Position numbers and translations under genes: made by a program. From a virus (lineage: Duplodnaviria > Caudoviricetes): a DNA stretch of 24,259 nucleotides. The notes beneath the pieces were generated by a model. That model was not told where the DNA came from, did not search any database, and was given only the letters and a program-made list of their open reading frames with translations. Shown in pieces: positions 1-8,249 of the stretch (the first letter of the stretch is position 1; each line of letters starts with the position of its first letter). Location of the stretch: the IMG/VR virus record IMGVR_UViG_3300037048_000239, positions 1 through 24,259 of that record. One strand, given 5' to 3'.

Positions 1-202
1 CGGCCGTGTTCCAGATCTGAACCACAACGTCGCGCGTGCCGAGGCCGTGGACGATCTCGACGGAGCCGATTGCATTCGTGATGTCTTGCGCATGCCGGTT
101 GGCGATGCCCAGTGCAGCGTTCAGGACGGCGAAGTTGGCGTTGAGGACGGCGACCGTGTCGTAGCCCGTGTCGTCGAGCGAGATGACGGTGATGTTGGCC
201 AT
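1..202 (-). CDS. Small virion/tail-fibre-associated protein, 3' end outside the window (absent from the ORF track)
   Basis: ATG at 202, 6 nt after the stop of ORF 209-568. Open to the window edge: MANITVISLDDTGYDTVAVLNANFAVLNAALGIANRHAQDITNAIGSVEIVHGLGTRDVVVQIWNTA. The H(G/N)LGxxDVxVQ motif is typical of small beta modules in phage tail/fibre proteins. Confidence 0.7.
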   Translation of the reverse strand, partial: MANITVISLDDTGYDTVAVLNANFAVLNAALGIANRHAQDITNAIGSVEIVHGLGTRDVVVQIWNTA

Positions 203-208
203 CGCCGC

Positions 209-568
209 CTACTCGGCGATCAGCGGGCTGAGCGTCATCAGGTCTTCGGCAGACAGGACATCGACGCCAGCCAGCGCTGAGAGGGGGATCGGATCGGCGT
301 GGACGTCGACAGGTGCTTCGAGAAGGGGTTCCATCGCGGTCCGCAGGGCGGCCATCTTTTCCGGCAGGACGTGCACCATACCGCTTTCATCCTCTGTGCC
401 GTGATCCCTGTAGACCCTGAGCCGCGTCTCTGAAGCGGCGGTCATGTGCGGCATCAGCAGTTTCACAAGCAGGCCGACCTTGAAGGCGGCGCGTGCTTCC
501 ATGCGCGCCTTCGCGAGCCGCTGGAGCGGTTCCTGAATGGCGATGAGTTGGGCAAATGTGAGTGTCAT
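209..568 (-). CDS. Hypothetical phage protein, helical, resembling DUF1617-like proteins found after tail-fibre genes
   Basis: 119-aa ORF with GAGGA upstream of the ATG, co-oriented and tightly packed in the operon. Family resemblance judged by eye only. Confidence 0.6.
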   Translation of the reverse strand: MTLTFAQLIAIQEPLQRLAKARMEARAAFKVGLLVKLLMPHMTAASETRLRVYRDHGTEDESGMVHVLPEKMAALRTAMEPLLEAPVDVHADPIPLSALAGVDVLSAEDLMTLSPLIAE

Positions 569-585
569 AGAAGGAATCCTCGAAG

Positions 586-1104
586 TCAGGGTGCCAGCCG
601 TGCCCGCGTCAGGCTCTGCCGGGTCGGCGGGAGATGGACTGTCCTGAGGCTGCCGGCCGCCGCGGAGGCTTCCGCAACTAGGGCGGAGGCGACCGAAGCC
701 GCAAGTGCACCCGAGGGCTTCCCAACGGCGGCCGAGAGTTCGATCGGGACGTCAATCTGGCCGCGCAGGGATGCGCCCGGCGCGCCGATGACGGCTGCCA
801 CTGGAATTGCACCTTCGCAGGCGCCACGCAAAAGCTCAGCCGGATACGCGGTAGCATCGAGATTCACCCCGCCCGTCGCCGAGGCCTGCCAGGCCTTGCT
901 GGCCGTGGCCGCCGCATCCGGCACCGGGACGACCGCAGCGATCGCCGACTCAATCGCACGACCGCCCGTCACTGCACTTGAAGGCGCCGGAATGGCCGAC
1001 TCTGCCCACACCGCATCCGGATCCCGCCACGTCCAATTCGCCGTGGCCCAGGTCCAGTTGGCCTGTGCCCAGCACCAATGGACAATCGAGGCTGGCCGGA
1101 GCAT
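586..1104 (-). CDS. Hypothetical Ala-rich virion protein with an N-terminal Trp repeat
   Basis: 172 aa. TGATG stop/start overlap with the upstream gene at 1104. Motif WCWAQANWTWATANWTW. Confidence 0.6.
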   Translation of the reverse strand: MLRPASIVHWCWAQANWTWATANWTWRDPDAVWAESAIPAPSSAVTGGRAIESAIAAVVPVPDAAATASKAWQASATGGVNLDATAYPAELLRGACEGAIPVAAVIGAPGASLRGQIDVPIELSAAVGKPSGALAASVASALVAEASAAAGSLRTVHLPPTRQSLTRARLAP

Positions 1105-1451
1105 CAGCTGACCAGATGGGCGACGTTGTCGGCCGAGAAGTACAGGCCGTCGCCGGCGAGCACCGTGCGCGTGGCACTCAGCGCCGCGCCTTGGCAGAAC
1201 TGGCCGTTCTTCCAGAAGCCCGCATGCGTGATGGTCGCTGCGGGCAGATTCGTGAAGGTCGCTGTGGCGATGTTCTTGATCTGGCCGGCTGAGGCGCTGC
1301 CGTAGGAAACCTGCTGGCGGGCGTAGGAGCCGCCTGTCACTTCGTTCGCACCGGTCGTACCAGGGTCAGCGGTGTGCAGGCTCATCATGACGGCGCCGAC
1401 GCCGAAGAAGGCGTCGAGTACGGCGTTCTTCATGTAGGTGGATACTGCCAT
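1104..1451 (-). CDS. Small phage minor tail protein
   Basis: 115 aa, MAVSTYMKNAVLD...SLHTADPGTTGANEVTGGSYARQ...ITHAGFW. This motif set is widespread in small siphovirus minor tail proteins. GGAG upstream. Confidence 0.75.
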   Translation of the reverse strand: MAVSTYMKNAVLDAFFGVGAVMMSLHTADPGTTGANEVTGGSYARQQVSYGSASAGQIKNIATATFTNLPAATITHAGFWKNGQFCQGAALSATRTVLAGDGLYFSADNVAHLVS

Positions 1452-1454
1452 GGA

Positions 1455-1724
1455 TTACATCTCCCTCATCGCCCGCGCCGCGCGGCGGCGATCCTGGATC
1501 ATCTTCTGCTGGATGCTGGCGGCCATCCCGCCGAGGGCGCGCGTGACGATCTCATCGAACACGTCGATGAGTTTGCGCTCCGCGCCGCCGGGCCCGTCCA
1601 CGGGATCTCCGACGAATGCTCCAAGCAGGGCGGCATCATCCGGCGACAGTTCGGTGAGGGCGAACGTTCTCTTGCCGCCCGGCGCTTCGATTGTGATGTT
1701 GATCGTGACTCTGTTCAGTTCCAT
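1455..1724 (-). CDS. Hypothetical protein (89 aa) directly after the large tail protein
   Basis: ATG abuts the TAA of the 2043-aa gene (TAAATG); stop lies 3 nt before the next start. Confidence 0.65.
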   Translation of the reverse strand: MELNRVTINITIEAPGGKRTFALTELSPDDAALLGAFVGDPVDGPGGAERKLIDVFDEIVTRALGGMAASIQQKMIQDRRRAARAMREM

Positions 1725-4700
1725 TTAGTTCACCGTGACACTCGATACCCAGACGTCCGTGACGACCTCGTACCAGTTGCTATTCAGATCCTGGATCCAG
1801 GATTTGTTCATGCCGAGGCTCACCTGGACCGTGTGCGTGTGGCTGGCCGCCGCATAGTTGTGCGAGTGCACATCGGGTGGAAAGACCGACGGTTTCCCTG
1901 TCACATCAGCCCAGGCCACTGGACTCGCCGCCGCACCGATGGCGCTGCGGAACGCCGACGGACTGTCGATGTAGATCCCACTGCCGGTGATGTGCAGCCC
2001 CGCGCCGCGCAGCGTCCCATTGGTTGCGACGACATTGCCGGTGTCGGAATAGATCGAGCCCACCGCCGTGACAGAGCCTGACGTCCAGACGCTTGAGAAC
2101 GGGATCGACTGGCTGATGACAACAATGTTCGCGTTCACCGAGCCGATCTGGTTGGCGATGATCGTGCCGGTGATCGAATTCGCATTGATCGATCCGATCT
2201 GGCTGGCCGAGATCGTGCCGGTGATCTTTGAGGCCGCAATCGAGGCAATCTGATCAGACGAGATCGACCCGGTGATCTTCGTCGCCACGACTGATTCAAT
2301 TTGCGTGCTCGTGATCGAGCCGCTGATCTTTGAAGCCGCGATGGATTCGATCTGGTTGCTCGAAATCGAGCCGCTGATTTTGGTCGCCGCAATCGAGGCG
2401 ATCTGATCTGAGGCAATCGAACCTGTGATCTGCGTGGCGGCAATCGACTGGATCTGAGCCGCTGTGACGAGGCCGACCAGCGTTGACGCGTTCACCGAAA
2501 CGATGTCGGCGGAGGCGATCTTGCCTGTGACTGACTCGGACGCTGACTTTGCCGCCCACGCCCCGACCACGTTTTCCCACAGGGTCTTGTCCGACGTGCG
2601 AAGGACGAGCGTACCCACCGGATAGTCGGCATTGGGCAGCGTCGGTAGTGATGCCACATAGACCGGCAGCCCGAGGTTGGCGCCCAGCAGCCGAGCTGTG
2701 TTCAGGATGCTGTCGGCGAGTTGCTGGGTAACGATGACCCCAGTGATCTGCGATGCCGTGAGAGAAGCAATCTGGTTGGCTTGGATCGATCCGGTGATCT
2801 GCGTGGCCACAAGCGAGGCAATCTGATTCGCCTGAATCGTCCCGCTGATCTTTGTCGCTGCGATGGAGTCGATCTGGCTCGACTGGATCGTGCCGCTGAT
2901 CTTCGACGCGGCGATGGATCCAATCTGGTCGCTCGAGATTGTACCCGAGATCTTGTTGGCCGCGATCGAACCGATCTGGCTCGATTGGATCAAGCCGTTC
3001 AGCTTCTGCACGCTGAGCGAGTCGATGTGATCTGAGAGAATCGCTCCGTTGATGATTGTGGCTTTGCCGTTCAGATCAATGGAGATCGGCCCACCGACGG
3101 CGGATCCATCCAGCCGCGACGCCTTCACGCCGCTCGTGGCTGCCAGGATGGTCAGGAAGCAGGTCGGCGGATCCACCTCGTTGCGCTCATATAGATCGTT
3201 GACGGCGACCGCTTTGAAGATCCAGTGCTCCTCGGCCGGAATCGCCCAGGAGCCGTCCTGCCGGCCCGGCGACTGGAGGCTGCACACTGGATCGACACCC
3301 CAGTCGCCAATTGGGGTGCCGTTCTGGTCTGCTGGACGCCGGAAGAAGTCGACACAGAAGAAGTCAGGGTCAGTTGGGACGGTGAAGTTGAAGATGAACC
3401 AGCCCTGAGGGACATCCTGCGACTCGTCGCGGCCCACGGTGACCGAGAAGTTGGTGACCTGGTCCGAGGGCCCGCGCGGTTGGATCGTGACGCTCGCCAC
3501 GGGCAAGGGATCCGACACATAGTCGGCGGGCGTGAGCCAGACTCCGCCATCGCGATCCGAAACGACCAGCGCGTACCAGATGGTGACCGGTTCATTTTCC
3601 GGCACAGGCACCCACATCGTGCCCGAGCCGGTGACGAAGTTGGCATCGGTCGCGGTCCACAGAGATGGCGACGGCGGAGGGTCGTCTCCGCGGTACTCCC
3701 AGATCCCATACACGTAGCGGTTTCCCGAAAGCGGCGTGAACGCGACGTTGAGCTTGGCCATCACCACGCCGTTGCCGTCGGAGTGATAGCCATCCAGGGT
3801 GACGCTGAAGTTATGTTCGTGGCCCGTGTCGTCGCGGGCGTCGTCCTTGGGGAGAGCAATTGTGACCGGGCCGTACACCGCGGACCAGAGCGGGTTGTCG
3901 CCGCCGGTTTCATAGGCCACGGCGCGCAACTGGGCCGCCACGTTGGTCCCGGCGATGATCGGATGCCAGTCAGAGTAGACGGTCAGCGATGGGTCGCCCC
4001 TCATGTGGAGGGCGACATGGCGCAATTCGAGCCAGCCCTCAGGCGTGGCTGGGAGAGGATCCTCCGGGTCGCGGTAGTAGACCTTTGAGGCTTCGTAGTT
4101 CGGGTGGTTAGAAAACGTCCCCGCAAGAGTAATGGCGAGGCGGTACTTCCAGCCTTCGCCGGGGACGTTCTTCGTCTCAACCACGACGCCTGCGATCACC
4201 GGAGCCGAGAATGCCAGCGCCTCTTCGGTGACGGTGACCACGGCGCCCCAGCCCGAAGGAACACCAACCGGATCGCCCTCGCTCCAGCCGATGCGCTGGG
4301 GCATGCGCCGGGTTTCGGTGTCAAACGACGGCAGCTGGATGACGACCTTGGCCGGCAGCGTCTCAGGCTTCTCGATCACCAGCGCCGCATGACCGATGGC
4401 GTCGGTGGCCGTCGGATCCTGGTTGCCCTCGTAAATGAAGTCTCCGTGCGACTTCGTCAGCGCCCCGTCAAGCACGGTGTGGCCGGCGACGCCCTTGAAT
4501 GATCCGATGTTCGGCGAGAGGCCGCCGACGTTTGGGGGCTTGTAGGCCGCCTCGATCGTGACACCGCCGTTCGGCGCGGGCCCGACCAGCGTCTCAAGGA
4601 CTGTGACGTCCCCCAGCGGGTCAGCCAGCTCAAGCAGGAGGTTCGTGAAATCGAGGGTGAGCGAGAACGCCGCCGTGTGGCCCTCGGGCGCCATCGGCTC

Positions 4701-7700
4701 GATGGCGGTGAGGCGTGTGAACCGGTTCGCGTAGCCGTAGGCCCGCGACAGGAAGTAGATGACGACCCTCAGCTGGCCGTCGGGCAGGTTCTGGAGGTAT
4801 TCGACGGGCGGCAGCGGCAGAGTGACGACGCCCGCAAGCGCAGCGCCGCTTTCGGCAAACCACCAGCCCTTGTAGCTCAGCTGCCCAGGCAGCGTCGGAT
4901 GCGCGGGATCCGGGTCCGCGGCCTTCGGCAATTCGGCGAACACCTCGCAACCGGCGAAATGCTCATCGGTGGGGCACGCTGCCGCGACATCAATGACAAT
5001 CCCCTCGTCCACGCTGATCGCCGCCGTGGCGCTGATTTCGGAGACCTCCCCGATGGCGGGCTCGTTGAGCGAGACGCTGCGTTCGGCGACTAGGGTGTCG
5101 AGGTATACGGCGCCGGAGAGAAGTTCCCCAAACCACGGGAAGATGCCCATGTACTTGGCTCCCGCCGGAGCAGTGGCGGAAAGCAGGAAGTCATCCCAGT
5201 CCGACTTCGCCGGATCGAGGTCAGTCGCGCCGGCGTCGATGTAGCCGCCGGTCGCGTCATAGAAAGCGATCCTCGCCTGTGCGGTGACCACCGCCGATCC
5301 GGCGTCGAAGCGGTACCGGCCACGAAACAGGAAGGCTTCGCCTTCGTCGCACGGCAGTACGTCGCCCTCGCCGTCGGCAAAGCCCGTGGGCTGGTGGATC
5401 TCGGTCGCGCCCGTGGCGGCAATCCGAAGACAACTCATGCCGGTATCGGGATCGGTTTGGACGATCGTGATTCCCGGCGTTGGGATCGAGCCGTGCCAAT
5501 TGGTCAGACCGCGCTCGAAGCCCATGTTGCGCAGCAGGTTCTGGCCGACGGTGCCGCCGACATCGACCGGATAGGTCTGGCGCTCAGGCAGCGGGTCGGG
5601 GGTGACGTCCGCCGGCTTATCGCCGATGGTGAGGTCGTACATCGCATCGCAGGTCGTCTCCCCTGCGACGTCGATCGACCAGTCGGGGTTCAACCGCCAA
5701 CTCGTCACACGGAATTCGCCGGTTCCCCCCGGCATGTCCGCAGCGGTCATGGAGCAGACCATGCCCGGCTCGACATTCAGCGCCAGGATCGTCGTCCGGA
5801 ACTCCACGCGCCGTGCAGCGCGCTGCTCGGCCTGGGTGAGGCCGCCCAACTCCTCCCTCAGCTTCACAGTGGTGATGCGGGCGGCCTGGCTCTTGCTCGT
5901 GACGCCGAGCAGGTTGACGTTGGCTTTGAGCGGCGTGCCGGTGGAGGCGATGTGATCGGCGTCTCTCAGGTTGACGGTGTTCTGCTGATAGCCGTAATCG
6001 ACGTCCGAGAAGGCGACGGTCAGATCATTGAAGCGCGGCGACCGGCTCGCGAGCTGAAGGCTATTAAACAGAATGTTGCCGGCGGTGAATGCTTCGACGG
6101 CAGAGGAGTTCGACCGGATGCCGACCTTGAGCTTTCCGACAGCCAGCGTGGCGTAACCAAGGCAGGACGAGAGGATTTCCTGGATCCAGTCGCGCAGCGG
6201 CTTTTCTTCGCCGATGATCCCCTGGAAGGTGAATTGGCGTTCAGTGCCCGTCCCGATGACCGGATCCACGTAGGCGTCGCAGAGTGCCGCCCCTGCGATG
6301 GCCGCGCCCACATCGAAGCGGGCTTGTTGCTCGGCGGCGGTGGCCCACAGCAGGCCAAGCCCGTTCAGATACGTGTTGATGGCGATCCAAATGGGATTCG
6401 TCAGGCTCGCTTGCCACGCCCGGGTGTAGGGTCCAGTGCCGGACCAGGTCCAGCCGCCCAGACCGGCGGTGACATAGGCCGTCATCCGGCGCTCTTCGGC
6501 GCGCACCGCTTGGATGCTCTTTTCGTCGGTCCGGCGAATCTGAAGAAACGCCACGCCATCGAGCGGGTTCGCTGGCAGCGGCGCGCCGACAGCATCGAGG
6601 GCAAACGAATCACTCCCCTGATCGGGCTGCAGGTTGGCGGCGGTCTCATCGCCAGTTGCCGGCATCCCGCCATATGCAAGGCGCAGGCCCAGGTTGCCGG
6701 GCCCGTGATGGGGCTGGCCATCGAGGGTGTGGCCCGTGCCGTAGCCGCTCATTGGTCCGCGGCCGACGACACCAAGCGCGGCGTAGAACTCGCTCTCGTC
6801 GCGGCCCGCAATGACGTCACATTCGACCGGCAATGCCGTGGCGGAATTGACCCAGACGTCTTTGACCGGGCGTCCGTAGGCGGTGTCATTGGCGACCGAG
6901 ACACTGGTGATCCGGCTGATCCCCTTCTTGCCGCCGACATTGACCGGCTGGTTCGGGATCGCAAATGCGCGGCGGGGATCCTCGTCCTGGCGGACGATCT
7001 TGCGCGCCGGATAGCCCAGCCGCAGGGCGTAGAGCCCGTCGTGGGCTTCGACGCGGAACTCCGGCCCGCCGTCAAACGACCACGAGCCGACGAATCCTTT
7101 CCAGATGTCGAGCTTCACGCCCGTGCCAACATGGAAGGCCGAAAACTCGATCTCGGCCTTGAACAGGTCGACCTGATTGACCAGCGAAGTGAAGACCCGG
7201 TCGCCGTTGCCGAAGACGAAACTGGCCTGGTCGGCCTCCTCGCCCATCGTCTGGCTAATCCCGCCCCAACTCATCAGGCGCGGCTGATAGAGATTGCTGC
7301 CGACAATGACGCGTCTGTCGGAAAGATGGAGGGTATGCTCGCCGGCAACGACGCGGACCAACGGAATCACGGCCTGGGTCTGCGAAAGCAGTGCGGCCTT
7401 GAGTGCCGCGCCAGGGAAGCGAGTTTCAGTGGAGGTGATCGCGTGGGAGGGCGCCGTGGTTGGGACTTCGACGAGTTCGACCGACCCACGCCAGGATCCG
7501 TCGGCTGAGGCTTCAAGCTGTAGGGTGGGCTCGGCGAAACGGGCGGTGTAGGTGGCGACGGAGCTGTCCGGCTCGGCGACGTTGAGGGTGAAGGGCTGGT
7601 AACTGCCCTTCCGGGCTTCGAAGAAATCGACCAGCGCCGCGCGCCGCGCCGGTGTCAACCGCGCCATCTGCACCTGAAACCTGCGCACACCGGGCCCGTC

Positions 7701-7856
7701 GTAAAGCCGCTGCTCGACCTTTGCGTCAAGCGTGCCGAAGCTGTGGACGATGACGCGAGGCTCCCGCACTTCGACGCTCGAGTAATCAAGCGTGACGGGA
7801 AACACTCCGGCGGTCCCCGGCTCGGGGATCGTAACTGGACCGATCAATTCGGGCAT
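1725..7856 (-). CDS. Large multi-domain tail-tip/host-specificity protein: Dit/gpM-like, gpL-like, gpJ-like hub, CBM-like, Ig/FN3-like, 17-aa repeat shaft and HxH tail-repeat tip
   Basis: 2043 aa, two genes after the tape measure. gpJ-like motifs TNPIW...AALCD...FTFQGII...FNDLTVAFSD..YGYQ...GVTSKSQAAR...EFRV. NLLRNMGFE...YLD carbohydrate-binding-like module. C-terminal WADVTGKPSVFPPDVHSH. Confidence 0.9.
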   Translation of the reverse strand: MPELIGPVTIPEPGTAGVFPVTLDYSSVEVREPRVIVHSFGTLDAKVEQRLYDGPGVRRFQVQMARLTPARRAALVDFFEARKGSYQPFTLNVAEPDSSVATYTARFAEPTLQLEASADGSWRGSVELVEVPTTAPSHAITSTETRFPGAALKAALLSQTQAVIPLVRVVAGEHTLHLSDRRVIVGSNLYQPRLMSWGGISQTMGEEADQASFVFGNGDRVFTSLVNQVDLFKAEIEFSAFHVGTGVKLDIWKGFVGSWSFDGGPEFRVEAHDGLYALRLGYPARKIVRQDEDPRRAFAIPNQPVNVGGKKGISRITSVSVANDTAYGRPVKDVWVNSATALPVECDVIAGRDESEFYAALGVVGRGPMSGYGTGHTLDGQPHHGPGNLGLRLAYGGMPATGDETAANLQPDQGSDSFALDAVGAPLPANPLDGVAFLQIRRTDEKSIQAVRAEERRMTAYVTAGLGGWTWSGTGPYTRAWQASLTNPIWIAINTYLNGLGLLWATAAEQQARFDVGAAIAGAALCDAYVDPVIGTGTERQFTFQGIIGEEKPLRDWIQEILSSCLGYATLAVGKLKVGIRSNSSAVEAFTAGNILFNSLQLASRSPRFNDLTVAFSDVDYGYQQNTVNLRDADHIASTGTPLKANVNLLGVTSKSQAARITTVKLREELGGLTQAEQRAARRVEFRTTILALNVEPGMVCSMTAADMPGGTGEFRVTSWRLNPDWSIDVAGETTCDAMYDLTIGDKPADVTPDPLPERQTYPVDVGGTVGQNLLRNMGFERGLTNWHGSIPTPGITIVQTDPDTGMSCLRIAATGATEIHQPTGFADGEGDVLPCDEGEAFLFRGRYRFDAGSAVVTAQARIAFYDATGGYIDAGATDLDPAKSDWDDFLLSATAPAGAKYMGIFPWFGELLSGAVYLDTLVAERSVSLNEPAIGEVSEISATAAISVDEGIVIDVAAACPTDEHFAGCEVFAELPKAADPDPAHPTLPGQLSYKGWWFAESGAALAGVVTLPLPPVEYLQNLPDGQLRVVIYFLSRAYGYANRFTRLTAIEPMAPEGHTAAFSLTLDFTNLLLELADPLGDVTVLETLVGPAPNGGVTIEAAYKPPNVGGLSPNIGSFKGVAGHTVLDGALTKSHGDFIYEGNQDPTATDAIGHAALVIEKPETLPAKVVIQLPSFDTETRRMPQRIGWSEGDPVGVPSGWGAVVTVTEEALAFSAPVIAGVVVETKNVPGEGWKYRLAITLAGTFSNHPNYEASKVYYRDPEDPLPATPEGWLELRHVALHMRGDPSLTVYSDWHPIIAGTNVAAQLRAVAYETGGDNPLWSAVYGPVTIALPKDDARDDTGHEHNFSVTLDGYHSDGNGVVMAKLNVAFTPLSGNRYVYGIWEYRGDDPPPSPSLWTATDANFVTGSGTMWVPVPENEPVTIWYALVVSDRDGGVWLTPADYVSDPLPVASVTIQPRGPSDQVTNFSVTVGRDESQDVPQGWFIFNFTVPTDPDFFCVDFFRRPADQNGTPIGDWGVDPVCSLQSPGRQDGSWAIPAEEHWIFKAVAVNDLYERNEVDPPTCFLTILAATSGVKASRLDGSAVGGPISIDLNGKATIINGAILSDHIDSLSVQKLNGLIQSSQIGSIAANKISGTISSDQIGSIAASKISGTIQSSQIDSIAATKISGTIQANQIASLVATQITGSIQANQIASLTASQITGVIVTQQLADSILNTARLLGANLGLPVYVASLPTLPNADYPVGTLVLRTSDKTLWENVVGAWAAKSASESVTGKIASADIVSVNASTLVGLVTAAQIQSIAATQITGSIASDQIASIAATKISGSISSNQIESIAASKISGSITSTQIESVVATKITGSISSDQIASIAASKITGTISASQIGSINANSITGTIIANQIGSVNANIVVISQSIPFSSVWTSGSVTAVGSIYSDTGNVVATNGTLRGAGLHITGSGIYIDSPSAFRSAIGAAASPVAWADVTGKPSVFPPDVHSHNYAAASHTHTVQVSLGMNKSWIQDLNSNWYEVVTDVWVSSVTVN
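2127..3041 (-). repeat. Degenerate 51-bp (17-aa) coding tandem repeat, about 14 units in two blocks
   Basis: Consensus IxxxQIxSIxAxKI(S/T)G(S/T), e.g. ISSDQIGSIAASKISGT, IASDQIASIAATKISGS, ISSDQIASIAASKITGT. Blocks about 3041-2710 and 2519-2127. Confidence 0.9.
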
Positions 7857-7859
7857 CGG

Positions 7860-8249
7860 CTAATCGATTTCAATGAGGCGGAGGCCAGCCTCTTGGCGGC
7901 CCAGACGGTAGGTGCGGCTCAGCGCACCGTCGAAGCGGACCAGATATCGGCCCGTCGTGTAGGATCCGGTAGGATCGTAGTCGGCAACGTTTGGATACCA
8001 GAAGAACGGCTTCTGTGCCCCATTGCAGGCTTCGAAAAACGTGTCCAGAGCCAGCCACTGCGCGAAGGTCAGCAGTTTGCCGATCTTCCACGCCTTCCGG
8101 CTCGTCTCCGCCTGGACTTCGGCTTGGTAACGGCCATCGGCGTAGCTGCCCGACTCGCGCACCGGCCACGCCCGGGCTTCGCGAAACACCGAGCAGAGGC
8201 TGCTTGGCATCACCGCCGTGGCCACGGCTGCCGCAACGTTTCCGGGCAT
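7860..8249 (-). CDS. Distal tail protein (gpM/Dit-like)
   Basis: 129 aa immediately after the tape measure (TGATG overlap at 8249). Motif L..FFEA..G...PF.W...VRF is typical of gpM/DUF2460-like proteins. Confidence 0.75.
   Translation of the reverse strand: MPGNVAAAVATAVMPSSLCSVFREARAWPVRESGSYADGRYQAEVQAETSRKAWKIGKLLTFAQWLALDTFFEACNGAQKPFFWYPNVADYDPTGSYTTGRYLVRFDGALSRTYRLGRQEAGLRLIEID

Noticed and set aside
2127-3041. Periodic repeats as a possible CRISPR array or DGR template/variable repeat
   Set aside because: Units are in-frame, contiguous and vary mainly at synonymous sites. There are no unique spacers, no adenine-specific mismatch pattern, and no cas or reverse transcriptase gene in the window.
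5394-7508. 704-aa plus-strand ORF
   Set aside because: Antisense shadow of the tail-tip gene. GC-rich codon bias removes stops in this frame, and it has no recognisable motifs.
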